Assembly: GCA_963664195.1 (NCBI GenBank)
Contig: OY760907.1
Span: 672,001-736,000 of the forward strand
DNA length: 64,000 bases
Direction: 5' to 3'
Origin: an uncultured candidate division Zixibacteria bacterium
GTDB lineage: Bacteria; Zixibacteria; MSB-5A5; GN15; FEB-12
Shown: positions 10,395 to 20,155 of the stretch, one piece after another
How the letters are laid out: each line of letters starts with the position of its first letter
Numbering within the stretch: the stretch's first letter is position 1
The notes under the pieces: generated by a model
What the model saw: only the letters and a program-made list of their open reading frames with translations
Database searches by the model: none
Told to the model about the DNA's origin: nothing
Translations under genes and position numbers: made by a program

Positions 10395-10982
10395 ACCACA
10401 CTTAGCATAGCATACAAACGTGGTGACGGTCAACCCAATTCACGGCAGTTCCAACTGTTTCACTTCTCTCGTGAGGGGATAGCGTCAGTGGCGCAAAGTG
10501 AAACAACAGTTGTTTCACTCAGAACCGTCCCGTATTTCCCAATCCCGGCAATTTTCGGCCATTCGACGTACAAAAAAGTACCGCAACATACGCAATCCTA
10601 TCTCGTTATCGGACATTCTTGTACCTAGAATCACCCAGGAAATCGGTTCCGGGGGGTACAGAAAAGTACTGTTTCATGCTAAAGTCGCATGGGGGGAAAC
10701 GCCGATAGCCAGAGTAAGTTTATCGCGTATGTCCGAACCGACTCTCCGCGATACATCAGTGTGTGAAGACAACTTTGAGCGGCGTGTCGGAGGCCATATT
10801 CCGGCGAGGAAACTGTGACCGAGGCTTTGAAAGACAAGACTGAGACAACAACTAGCCGATCTTTTCGCCCCGAAGGTAAAACTCCGAGGCCATCAGCCTT
10901 AATCCTCTCTCCTATCGATTCGCCGTCAGAGAAGCAATCAATCTCCTAGGGCCAACTTTAAGCATCATGGAGGAATCATCCT

Positions 10983-13520
10983 ATGAAGAGGACTACCCTG
11001 GCCTTAACCTTGACACTGCAATTGCTGTTCGTCAGCAGCCTTTTTGCGAGTTCCGCAACCCTTTCCTGGACCGCTCCCGGCGATGACGGCAATGTCGGTA
11101 CCGCCAGCGGCTACGACCTTCGCTACGCCACTTCGGTCATAACCGAGGGGAACTGGAACAGTGCATCCCAGGTGATCGGCGAGCCTGTGCCGTCTGTAGC
11201 GGGCAGCGCCGAGACTCTTGTTGTTGACGATCTTGATCCTGAACAAACTTACTACTTCGCCATAAAAGCTGTCGACGAAGCCAACAACTGGTCTGCACTT
11301 TCCAATGTGTATGCCGTAACTACGCTGCCGGATGACACCCTTCCGACAGACACCGCGCCGGCCAATATCGCCGATCTGCGGACAACCGGTGCCACCACGT
11401 CATCGATTTCCCTCGCCTGGACGGCTCCGGGAGCTGACGGTAACGACGGCACCGCCTCACAGTACGACCTCAGGTACGCTCTGGCGCCTATTAATGAATC
11501 GTCCTGGAACAGCGCCTCTCAGGCAGTCGGGCTTTCCGCGCCACGGTCCGCCGGCAGCGCTGAGTCATTCACGCTAACCGGACTCGATGAGGGCACAACG
11601 TATTTCTTTGCAATACGGACCGCCGACGCCAACCCACTCTGGTCAGGCCTGTCAAACAACGCCACGGGCACGACAGATCAGACGGCCACCGATACGGCAC
11701 CCAGCGCAATCGCCAACCTGGCAACAACTTCGACCACCTTGACTTCGATCTCCCTGACATGGACCGCTCCGGGGGCCGACGGTAATACGGGCACTGCCTC
11801 GCAATACGACCTTCGCTATAGCCAATCGCCGATCAACGCGTCCAACTGGAGCAGCGCCACGCAGGCCTCCGGGCTTTCGGCGCCGCGGGCGGCCGGAAAC
11901 ACGGAATCGTTTACGGTGGCGGATCTCGCGATTGGCACCACGTATTACTTCGCGATACGTACTGCCGACGCCAACCCGCTCTGGTCCGATCTGTCCAACA
12001 TCGCAGCCGCAGCGACCGAGTCAATGAGCTCCGGAGAGGACACTGACGTACCGCCGGCAGCCATCGCTGACCTGAGCGCCTCAGCAACTTCAGAGCACTC
12101 GATTAGCATCACCTGGACAGCCCCGGGGTGCGACGGATTTGACGGTACAGCCTACCGCTATTTCGTCAAGTGCGCCACGTTCCCGATTACGTCCAGCAAC
12201 TTCAGCCAGGCCACTACCGTGAGCGTTGCACACCCTCTCCCGTCCGGAAGCACCGAAACGATCGTGTGCGACGGCCTTGACGCCGCCACAACCTACTATT
12301 ATGCGGTGAGGGCGGCTGACTCCGGTTGGAATTGGTCTGATATGTCCAATATCGCCTCAGCCACCACGACCCTCCCATCGACTGAACCGATTGCGGCAGA
12401 TTTCTCGATGTCCGACATTGTCGGGCAGGTGCCGATGCCAGTGCAGTTCACCGACCATTCATCTGGCGAACCGACCTCCTGGGAGTGGGATTTCGGCGAC
12501 GGCAGCAGTTCCGTCGACCAGAACCCGACCCACGTGTACAGCACTGCCGGAACGTTTTCGGTATCACTGACCGTGACCGGCGGCGGCAACTCCGACACCG
12601 AAGTAAAGAGCGATGCCATAACGCTAACCTCTCCTCCGCCGCCAACCGCCGCATTTGCGGTGTCGGCAACTTCAGGCGACGCTCCGCTGTCAGTCAGCTT
12701 CACCGATCAGTCGACCGGCGAACCGACCTCGTGGCAGTGGAACTTCGGTGACGGCAACGGCTCCGCCGACCAGAACCCGTCGCATACTTACCAGAGTGCC
12801 GGTGAGTACACGGTAAGCCTGACGGCGACTAACGACAACGGCTCTACTACAGAGACCAAGACTGATCTCATCAGCGTGACCGTACCAACTAAGGGTATGC
12901 ACGTGGAAGCCATCAAGGTCGTCCGTTCGACTTCAAGCCGCTCATGCCGCGGGATCGGGCGTGTGACGGTCGAGGACGCTGATGGACGACCCGTCGCGGG
13001 TGCCACCGTGACCATCGACTATAATGGCCCGACCGCAGGTACACTGAGCGGCCGGACCGACAGGGACGGCATGGTGCTGTACCGCCTGGACCGCTCCCGG
13101 ATATGCTGGCGCGATGAATGGTGTGTCGAAGTTCGCGATATCACTCACAATGACTATGAGTACAAGCCTGAGAACAACGCCGTTACCGAGGCATGCGAAA
13201 GCGGTGCGCAGGACGCCCTCGCCAGTGCCACTTCCGGTCCGGTCGAAACCGGTCTCGGGCAGAACTACCCGAATCCGTTCAACCCGACCACCGAGATTTC
13301 CTTCAGCCTTGCGGCGCCGACCCATGTCCGTCTTGTAGTCTACAACGTCCTCGGTCAGGAAGTCCAGACCCTGGTCGACGAGACCCGTGACGCCGGCCAG
13401 CACCAGGTGATGTGGAACGGCCGCGACGACGGCGGTAGTCGTGTCGCAAGCGGACTGTACCTGTATCGTCTCGAAGCGGGTGACTACGTGGAAACACGTA
13501 AGATGATGATGCTGAAATAA
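10983..13520 (+). CDS. Secreted protein: 4 Fn3 repeats, 2 PKD domains, C-terminal FlgD-Ig/T9SS-like sorting domain
   Basis: GGAGG RBS, signal peptide; WTAPGxDGxxGTA x4; WDFGDG..QNPTHVY-type PKD x2; QNYPNPFNPTTEISFSL...RKMMMLK. Confidence 0.88.
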   Translation: MKRTTLALTLTLQLLFVSSLFASSATLSWTAPGDDGNVGTASGYDLRYATSVITEGNWNSASQVIGEPVPSVAGSAETLVVDDLDPEQTYYFAIKAVDEANNWSALSNVYAVTTLPDDTLPTDTAPANIADLRTTGATTSSISLAWTAPGADGNDGTASQYDLRYALAPINESSWNSASQAVGLSAPRSAGSAESFTLTGLDEGTTYFFAIRTADANPLWSGLSNNATGTTDQTATDTAPSAIANLATTSTTLTSISLTWTAPGADGNTGTASQYDLRYSQSPINASNWSSATQASGLSAPRAAGNTESFTVADLAIGTTYYFAIRTADANPLWSDLSNIAAAATESMSSGEDTDVPPAAIADLSASATSEHSISITWTAPGCDGFDGTAYRYFVKCATFPITSSNFSQATTVSVAHPLPSGSTETIVCDGLDAATTYYYAVRAADSGWNWSDMSNIASATTTLPSTEPIAADFSMSDIVGQVPMPVQFTDHSSGEPTSWEWDFGDGSSSVDQNPTHVYSTAGTFSVSLTVTGGGNSDTEVKSDAITLTSPPPPTAAFAVSATSGDAPLSVSFTDQSTGEPTSWQWNFGDGNGSADQNPSHTYQSAGEYTVSLTATNDNGSTTETKTDLISVTVPTKGMHVEAIKVVRSTSSRSCRGIGRVTVEDADGRPVAGATVTIDYNGPTAGTLSGRTDRDGMVLYRLDRSRICWRDEWCVEVRDITHNDYEYKPENNAVTEACESGAQDALASATSGPVETGLGQNYPNPFNPTTEISFSLAAPTHVRLVVYNVLGQEVQTLVDETRDAGQHQVMWNGRDDGGSRVASGLYLYRLEAGDYVETRKMMMLK

Positions 13521-13559
13521 GACCTATCAGCAACATATCCCTGTTGCCGTAACCGCCCC

Positions 13560-13583
13560 GCCGCCCCTACCGGTGGGGCGGTT
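13560..13583. terminator. GC-rich hairpin between convergent genes
   Basis: CCGCCCC-TACCGGT-GGGGCGG stem-loop; lacks a clear U tract. Confidence 0.5.
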
Positions 13584-13677
13584 GCACGTCTGAGAAGCAA
13601 GGCTCCGTGAAGATACCGGAGGGCAAAGACGGGAATAGAAAGAACCGGATGCGTACGACAACGACACCCGGTCTCTG

Positions 13678-14775
13678 TTAAAGCAGGTTGATGACTCTGT
13701 CGGCCAGTCCCTTCTCACCGAGTACAACGCTGAGCTTGGAGTTGCCTGCGATTTTCTCGAGCACTTCCAGTTCTCTCAGCTTCATCAGGGTCGGGCTGGA
13801 CTCCAGAATCCTGGCCGTATTGGCCTGTGAACGCATCGCGGCAGTCTCCTCACGACGCGCTACCGCGTTGGCCTCAGAGGCCTTTTTCGCCTCGGTCACC
13901 TTGTTAAGCAGATCCTTCATCTCGCCCGGAAGGATGATATCCTTAATGCCGAGCTTGATGACTTCAATGCCAAACCGGGCGGCCGTCTTGCGGAGAATGC
14001 TCTCCGGCTCCGCAGCAATACTCTCCTTATCGGAAAGCAATTGGTCAAGATCTCTCATGGCAATCGCCCCACGAAGCGCCAGTTGCACCTCACGGTACAG
14101 CGCCTGAAAGCGATCCTCAACCCCCGTGATCGAGGCCAGCGCATTGGTCACGCGGTACGTAACCAGCGAGTTCAAGCGAAGCGTGACCTTGTCTGAGGTC
14201 ATGATCTCCTGACCGGTAACATCCAACACGCACTCACGTGTATCAACCATCACCGCGGTGAGAGCACCCGCACTCTTCCAAAACGCGTAACGCCCCGTGG
14301 AGAAGCTGCCGATGTGAACACCGTCGCAGAAGAACAAGCCCTCATGTCCGATCCGTACGTCATGCACTTGCAAGTGTGCTTCGGCAGAATCGGACTGCAG
14401 AATCGCGGCGAGTTCGTCGTGCTCAAACCGCGCGGTCCCGATATCGACAGTTTTTACCTTCACCTCGTGGAAGGAAGTCCAGAGCACGTGCTGTCCGGCT
14501 CCGAGGATGGCGTAGAAACGTCCGTCTACCCAGACCAGCGCGGATTCGCCGTCCCGCAAATCAAGCACTTCAGCCTCATCCTTCAGCACACCGGACTTGA
14601 TGACTACTTCAATATCCGCATGCTCGAACCGGACACTACGTGTTGAGACACGAATCAGTTTCTGGTTGAGATCGATCCAGTGCCATCCAGGCCCGAGCAA
14701 TCTCTTGCACTCCCCCTTAACGAATACCAGGCCGCGTTCAAACGGCTTCATACGAACAAGTCTCTTCAGAATCAT
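13678..14775 (-). CDS. Slipin family SPFH/band-7 protein with three N-terminal beta repeats
   Basis: GQEIMTSDKVTLRLN, IKDIILPGEMKDLLNKV, RREETAAMRSQANTA, LMKLRELEVLEKIA; AAGGAGGT RBS. Confidence 0.9.
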   Translation of the reverse strand: MILKRLVRMKPFERGLVFVKGECKRLLGPGWHWIDLNQKLIRVSTRSVRFEHADIEVVIKSGVLKDEAEVLDLRDGESALVWVDGRFYAILGAGQHVLWTSFHEVKVKTVDIGTARFEHDELAAILQSDSAEAHLQVHDVRIGHEGLFFCDGVHIGSFSTGRYAFWKSAGALTAVMVDTRECVLDVTGQEIMTSDKVTLRLNSLVTYRVTNALASITGVEDRFQALYREVQLALRGAIAMRDLDQLLSDKESIAAEPESILRKTAARFGIEVIKLGIKDIILPGEMKDLLNKVTEAKKASEANAVARREETAAMRSQANTARILESSPTLMKLRELEVLEKIAGNSKLSVVLGEKGLADRVINLL

Positions 14776-14789
14776 GGTTATACCTCCTT

Positions 14790-15163
14790 TCGTTGCTAGG
14801 CGTAACCGTTACGTGTTGTCGATCAGTTGTCTGATCGAAGTAGTCTCAGGGTTTCTGGGACACAACCGGCGGGGCATCTCTGCCATCCCACATTCAGGCG
14901 CGGAGCACTGCTTGAGTCTCACATCCTACATGTATACACCAATCTCGCCCTCCCCCCGACAGCAACGATTGAGGAAACTACGTCGGTTCTGTGAAACGGT
15001 ATCCGCGTGCCGCAAAGCGCCGTAATATGGTGTCCTCGGCACACTACGATGAGTCTGCATAAGACTTGACGACAGAAAATACTCCCCGCCCGTCATGACC
15101 GCTTGGTGCAGGGGCTAACCTGCGGGTTTGAAAGACCCGTGCTCTTCGAGCGTTTTTCCAAAC
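14790..15163 (-). ncRNA. Structured non-coding leader between the tRNA-like element and the slipin gene
   Basis: No credible ORF; a run of hairpins: GCTC-GAA-GAGC, CGGGT-N7-ACCCG, GCAGG-N6-CCTGC, TGACG...CGTCA, AGTCT-N5-AGACT, GTGCCG...CGGCAC, TCGATCAG-ACAA-CTGATCGA. Confidence 0.5.
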
Positions 15164-15238
15164 GGTAGGCCCCGGGACTCGAACCCGTATAGGTCACTTG
15201 ACCCGTACTACCGGGCTGTACGACGCCGTTCAGATACC
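15164..15238 (-). ncRNA. tRNA-like RNA (band-7-associated type), no canonical anticodon arm
   Basis: 75 nt; GGTA...TACC terminal pairing; T arm CGGG-TTCGAGT-CCCG; internal hairpins CGTAC-N9-GTACG and GGTC-AAGT-GACC. Confidence 0.6.
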
Positions 15239-15326
15239 TTGGCGGAACACTCGAATCGAATCAACGGGTGACAATTCGAGCGCCACAGGACGGATCGTAC
15301 ATCTTTTGTCTGACTCTTGAATAGAA

Positions 15327-16169
15327 TCAGTCAGCTTTTCTGGCGATCACGGCAAATTGCGTGGACTCCGGCTCGAAGTCATCACCGGCGACGTTTGCAT
15401 ACTGCTCGCAGACTGTGAACCCGCAACGTTCCAGATCGTCACGCAGCGAATCCGGGCTGTAGCATTGCAGCCAGTTGAAAACCTCGCGGGTTCGATCCAA
15501 CTCGATAATCACGTGCTTGTCCAAAAGCAGCGCTTCGTCGTCATACTTCAGCGAGTTCTCAATCACGTAGTACGGCTCAGACGTCCAGAATCCGTTTCGC
15601 GCACTGAAGTCTAGCGTCAGCTTTTCATCTGTCGCATCGAATTGCTGCGTCGAGAGGACATCAAAGAGCAGTGCTCCTTCGCCGTTGAGACAGCCGTGTA
15701 TTATGCCCAGCAGTCGCCGTCTCTGTTTGGGAGACAGGACGCAGAAATCACAGTAGATCATCGTCACAAGATCAAACCTCTTGTTGGTCGAGAACTCGAG
15801 GTAATTACTCTGCACGTACGCGATATCCAAATCCCTGCGGACGGCATCTCCGCGAGCGTACTCAATTGATCGCTCGGAGAGATCGACTCCGGTCACATCG
15901 CAGCCTGTTTGAGCAAACCGCGAAGTGTACAGGCCGGGGCCGCAACCGAGATCACAAACCGTCTTGCCCCTTCCGAGGTCGAAGCGGTTAATGATCCAGT
16001 TTGAGGAGCGATCAACAAACGCCTTGTTTCTGGAGGCCAGTTCTGCCTGTTCATCCAGATGCAGCTCGAGCATCTTCTTCGACACGTACGGGTCGTTCCA
16101 GAGCAGGTCTATAGTGTAGAACTCAAACGGCTTCGGCCGCGAGGTGTATCTTTTCAAATCTTCAAACAT
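15327..16169 (-). CDS. Class I SAM-dependent methyltransferase
   Basis: DLGCGPGLY, VTGVDLS, FDLVTMIYCDF; alternative TTG start at 16181. Confidence 0.9.
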   Translation of the reverse strand: MFEDLKRYTSRPKPFEFYTIDLLWNDPYVSKKMLELHLDEQAELASRNKAFVDRSSNWIINRFDLGRGKTVCDLGCGPGLYTSRFAQTGCDVTGVDLSERSIEYARGDAVRRDLDIAYVQSNYLEFSTNKRFDLVTMIYCDFCVLSPKQRRRLLGIIHGCLNGEGALLFDVLSTQQFDATDEKLTLDFSARNGFWTSEPYYVIENSLKYDDEALLLDKHVIIELDRTREVFNWLQCYSPDSLRDDLERCGFTVCEQYANVAGDDFEPESTQFAVIARKAD

Positions 16170-16379
16170 ATCTATTTCCAATCGTGTTGGTTGTCCTGGT
16201 CAAGTGCCTTCCTGTATCACTCTCCTACATTGCCCCCTGCTGGGCCGTCGCGTGCCCTCACGTGACGGCTCTCAGTAGTTGTCAAGTAGCCGTCAGACGA
16301 GGTCGTCTGACATCACGTGGAGGGCGAACTGAGTACTTCTAGTAGTACTCCGTGATTTCAGTCCTCCCGGGACTCCCAC

Positions 16380-16410
16380 AAAAAAAGCCCGGGACCGCAA
16401 TCCCGGGCTT
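16380..16410 (-). terminator. Rho-independent terminator
   Basis: AAGCCCGGGA-TTGCGG-TCCCGGGCTT stem running into a T7 tract on the minus strand. Confidence 0.85.
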
Positions 16411-16432
16411 CTATATCTTTCACAGACACAGC

Positions 16433-16525
16433 TTACCGCAATAGTGGTTTCTCCACGCCATTCATCTCGCCATAGGCGCAAGTCGGGCGTGCCAGGAGTC
16501 GAATATGTATCTGTCTGTTTTTCAT
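16433..16525 (-). CDS. Putative 30-aa leader peptide MKNRQIHIRLLARPTCAYGEMNGVEKPLLR
   Basis: Short ORF filling the space between a sigma70-like promoter and an intrinsic terminator. Confidence 0.4.
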   Translation of the reverse strand: MKNRQIHIRLLARPTCAYGEMNGVEKPLLR

Positions 16526-16535
16526 AACGGCGCCA

Positions 16536-16564
16536 AGGATATACATATCGGATGACAATGTCAA
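16536..16564 (-). promoter_or_regulatory. Sigma70-type promoter
   Basis: TTGACA-17 bp-TATCCT on the minus strand. Confidence 0.65.
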
Positions 16565-16609
16565 GAACTTTCTGAATAAAATCGTCACGCGAGTCCAGAA
16601 AGCTCCGTT

Positions 16610-17359
16610 CTACTGCCCGCCTATCGGGATCGAAATCGCAAACGTGAACGAAAAACCACCGTTCTTCAGATCTTCCGCAGTGCCGCCGGTGGGTTCCTCC
16701 GATCCCGGATCAAAATCGAAGTCAACAAACGGAACTTCGTTTTCGGGGACCGAATTCAAGTCATCAATATCATCAAACGCGGTTCCAAAGCCCTTATCAT
16801 ACCGAACCTCGGCTGCCCCCCGTACGCTTCCAAGAGGGAAGTCTATACCAATACCGACAATACCACTAAAATCCATGCTCTTGACATTGGCGATGTCGAA
16901 CTCGCCATCGACATTGGTATCATTGTAGCCGCTGATCTCATCCTTGCCTGAGATGTTGAAGCCCACAGCAGGACCGAACAAAAAGTGTGGTGCAATCTTA
17001 CCTTTGGTCGGTATCTTAATCCGAGCTAGAATGGGCACTTCAAGATAGACCAGCTTGACGTTTTCGGTAACAGTAGTCGGGTCACTGAACTCATCCTCTA
17101 CCGGGTACTCTTTCTTGACGCCCTTCATCACAAACAGCGCCTCAGGATTGCACGATATCGTTTCGCTGAGGCCAATCTCGGCGAAAAGCCCCGCTGTCAG
17201 ACCAGCTTTCATCTTGGCGTCGGTCCCCTCGGTTGCGTCTCCCGACATTGAGGAAAAGCTCGGCCCCAGTTTTACGCCAAAATGTGTGCCGGCCTCTGCA
17301 CTCACGCTGGCAGCCAGGGCGAGCGCAAACACTCCCATCACAATCGATAATCTTTTCAT
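16610..17359 (-). CDS. Outer-membrane beta-barrel protein (PorT/OMP-like)
   Basis: Signal peptide, FGVKLG, YLEVPILA, GPAVGFNI, AEVRYDKG amphipathic strands. Confidence 0.75.
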   Translation of the reverse strand: MKRLSIVMGVFALALAASVSAEAGTHFGVKLGPSFSSMSGDATEGTDAKMKAGLTAGLFAEIGLSETISCNPEALFVMKGVKKEYPVEDEFSDPTTVTENVKLVYLEVPILARIKIPTKGKIAPHFLFGPAVGFNISGKDEISGYNDTNVDGEFDIANVKSMDFSGIVGIGIDFPLGSVRGAAEVRYDKGFGTAFDDIDDLNSVPENEVPFVDFDFDPGSEEPTGGTAEDLKNGGFSFTFAISIPIGGQ

Positions 17360-17524
17360 TCGGTTCTCCTGTGAATCGTGCCGCTTGAGCGGATGTGCTC
17401 AGAATCCGCTCAAGGGTGCTCTGATCTCAAGATGGTCAAATCTACAGAACTGTCGCAAGGCTATTTCACGTAAAGACCTCAGCAAGTGTCTTATTTTGCC
17501 AGTGCGAATGTCAAAAAGTGGCAC

Positions 17525-18709
17525 TCAACTTGATACATCGGAGGGTTGCAAACTCGATTCAGCCTCGCCGTTGAGTTTACTCCTCGCAGGCACTTTGAGC
17601 GCAAAGAGCATGTCGATCAATACAATCACCGCCCCGGCAACAAAGGTCGCCTCATAACCCAACGTAACCCAGGCCACACCGCCGATGACTGGAATAATGA
17701 TAGCGGTAACATGGTTGGCGGTCATGCCGAACGCGAGACAGCCGGTCAGGTCTTCCTTTGATGCAATCTTTCGAAGATAGGATTTTAATGCTATAGAAGA
17801 TCCGAACAAAACGTTGTCGATCAGGTAGAGGCCTATCAATAGCGGGAGAAAACTCACAACCGCGTATCCGGCAAATACGAAGACCAGGAGGAAAGAACAG
17901 CCGACCAGAACAAACCGCTCTCCGTACTTGTCGCTCAAAAAGCCAAGGTATCGATTGGTAAAAATCGTCACCAGGTTGTTTGCCAGCATGATGGCCGCAA
18001 TCACGGTGATATCAAGGCCGTGGTTTTTCACCAAAAGAAAGATCGCAAAAGTCGTGAAGATATGACGGCGGCACCCTCGCAGGAATGAAAGCGTGTAGTA
18101 CAACCAGTATTTCTTCTGAATCCTCACTTTCCGCTTTTCCGACTTTCCGCGGTTGGCCGGAAGGGCAAACACCAGATAAACACCAATCGCCGCGACCGCA
18201 CCACCTATCAAATAGAACGTAACTCGATAGTCGAGGAACAAAGTCAGGGTCATAACGAGAATCGCCCCACCCAGACCTGCCATAGATTCAAAAGACTGAA
18301 GCTCACCCTGCACTTTGCCGAGCTCCTCGGATCTGGCCAGAGCAAGAAGCTGTGAGGAGTTGGTCGGTTCGAAATAGTGGAAACCAAACGACATCAGGAC
18401 AGTTGCGATTCCCAACACAAGAAACGAGGGCGACAATCCACACACAATCAAGCCAAGCCCTACGGCGACAATCGATACTGCCGCGATCCGTGATTCTGTG
18501 AAATAGAGGGCAAGCGCCCCGGCACCGAACGCAAGCAGTCCGGGTATTTCGCGAGTGGCCTGAATGATGCCGACTCCGGTCGGAGAGGCATCGAATACCT
18601 CAACCGCAAAGTTGTTGAACATGATCCGCCAGGTATAGAAACCAATCCAGACCACCACTGCGGAGAAGGTAACGGTGAACACCGAGACTTTTTTTATTCC
18701 AAGAGCCAT
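17525..18709 (-). CDS. MFS transporter
   Basis: About 12 hydrophobic segments, REIPGLL, GFLSDKYGER; start placed at MALGIKK. Confidence 0.85.
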   Translation of the reverse strand: MALGIKKVSVFTVTFSAVVVWIGFYTWRIMFNNFAVEVFDASPTGVGIIQATREIPGLLAFGAGALALYFTESRIAAVSIVAVGLGLIVCGLSPSFLVLGIATVLMSFGFHYFEPTNSSQLLALARSEELGKVQGELQSFESMAGLGGAILVMTLTLFLDYRVTFYLIGGAVAAIGVYLVFALPANRGKSEKRKVRIQKKYWLYYTLSFLRGCRRHIFTTFAIFLLVKNHGLDITVIAAIMLANNLVTIFTNRYLGFLSDKYGERFVLVGCSFLLVFVFAGYAVVSFLPLLIGLYLIDNVLFGSSIALKSYLRKIASKEDLTGCLAFGMTANHVTAIIIPVIGGVAWVTLGYEATFVAGAVIVLIDMLFALKVPARSKLNGEAESSLQPSDVSS

Positions 18710-18871
18710 AGTCGGATGAAGATAACACAATGGCGATCCGGGTACAGCACAAAAACAGCCACCTGCCGATCGAGAGATCTGCATCTTTGAAACTTGTCCG
18801 ATCCCGGCCCAATGACGATATTGCTTCCCGCAAGTTACCCATTCGACCAACGATTCAAGGGAGACGTAGCT

Positions 18872-19690
18872 GTGGAAGCTTTCGACTGGCTAAGTGACAT
18901 GAACCCAATCATGCAGGCGTTTATCGCCACCTGTTTCACATGGCTGCTTACCGCTCTCGGTGCCGCCGGGGTGTTCATGGCCAAGCAGCCCAAACAGAGG
19001 ACGCTTGATGTCCTGCTCGGGTTCGCCGCCGGTGTGATGATCGCCGCTAGTTTCTGGTCACTGCTGGCGCCGGCAATCGAAATGTCGGAGAGCGGACCGC
19101 TGCCGTCCTGGATGCCGGCCGCGATCGGCTTCATGCTGGGTGGAATCTTCCTGCGGGGCCTGGACATGGTCCTGCCGCACCTTCATCCCGGAATGCCGGC
19201 GAGTGAGACCGAGGGCCTCCCGACCAAATGGCACCGAAGCATCCTTCTGGTTCTCGCGATTACGCTGCACAACATCCCGGAAGGTCTCGCTGTGGGTGTG
19301 GCCTTCGGTGCTGTGGCGGCCGGCCTCCCTTCAGCGACTCTCGCAGGCGCGATTGCCCTGGCAATTGGTATCGGTATCCAGAATTTCCCCGAAGGCCTTG
19401 CAGTGTCAATGCCGCTGCGCCGCGAGGGTCTTTCTCGACGGAAGTCCTTCTGGTACGGTCAGCTTTCGGGTATTGTCGAGCCGATGGCCGGTGTCGCCGG
19501 ATCTGCGCTGGTGTTGATCGCCACGCCGATTCTCCCTTACGCTTTGGCGTTTGCTGCCGGAGCGATGATATTCGTCGTGGTTGAAGAGTTGATCCCGGAA
19601 TCGCAGATCGGAGGACACTCCGATGCCGCAACAATGGGTGCGCTGATAGGATTCACGGTGATGATGACGCTCGATGTCGCCCTGGGGTAA
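18872..19690 (+). CDS. ZIP family (ZupT/GufA) divalent metal transporter
   Basis: [43 protein letters not shown] start after AAGGGAG. Confidence 0.92.
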   Translation: MEAFDWLSDMNPIMQAFIATCFTWLLTALGAAGVFMAKQPKQRTLDVLLGFAAGVMIAASFWSLLAPAIEMSESGPLPSWMPAAIGFMLGGIFLRGLDMVLPHLHPGMPASETEGLPTKWHRSILLVLAITLHNIPEGLAVGVAFGAVAAGLPSATLAGAIALAIGIGIQNFPEGLAVSMPLRREGLSRRKSFWYGQLSGIVEPMAGVAGSALVLIATPILPYALAFAAGAMIFVVVEELIPESQIGGHSDAATMGALIGFTVMMTLDVALG

Positions 19691-19717
19691 GTATGATCTG
19701 CTCCAAGCAGGTCGAGC

Positions 19718-20155
19718 CTACTCCAACTTCATCCCCGACATCCTTACGTAGCAGTTCAACGACACCCGATCGAGTGTCTTCGTGTTCTTAAAGCCGAGCG
19801 ACTCGTAGAACAACCGCTGGCGTTCCTCGTCATCGGTAAGAATTACCTGCGTGCGACAATGCGCGAATCTCTCCAGACAGTTTTCGAGCAGCTTCCGACC
19901 GATCCCCTTGCGCTGATGCGCCGGATTGACAAGAATGTCCTGAAGGTAACAGATCGAGACATCATCGGAAACACACCGCGCCAACGCAAGTAGCTCGTCT
20001 CCTTTACGACAGGTAACGACATAGGTCGAGTTGAGTATTGCTTTCATGAGATTGTCGGCATCTTTGGTGTAGTTGGTCCAACCGCAGGAGTTGTAGAGGG
20101 CGAAGACGGCATGTTTCGTGAGACCGCCGGTTCCTTCGTTGAGAGTGTGTGTCAT
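19718..20155 (-). CDS. GNAT family N-acetyltransferase
   Basis: LQDILVNPAHQRKGIG, FYESLGF. Confidence 0.9.
   Translation of the reverse strand: MTHTLNEGTGGLTKHAVFALYNSCGWTNYTKDADNLMKAILNSTYVVTCRKGDELLALARCVSDDVSICYLQDILVNPAHQRKGIGRKLLENCLERFAHCRTQVILTDDEERQRLFYESLGFKNTKTLDRVSLNCYVRMSGMKLE

Noticed and set aside
10800..10900. c-di-GMP riboswitch upstream of the Fn3/PKD gene
   Set aside because: GAAACTGTGA resembles the class II start, but the GGGCAC/GTGCAACC pseudoknot elements and the class I GCAAA/GAAA pattern are absent
15164..15238. Canonical tRNA gene
   Set aside because: No proper D arm or 7-nt anticodon loop, imperfect acceptor stem, no CCA; kept as tRNA-like RNA
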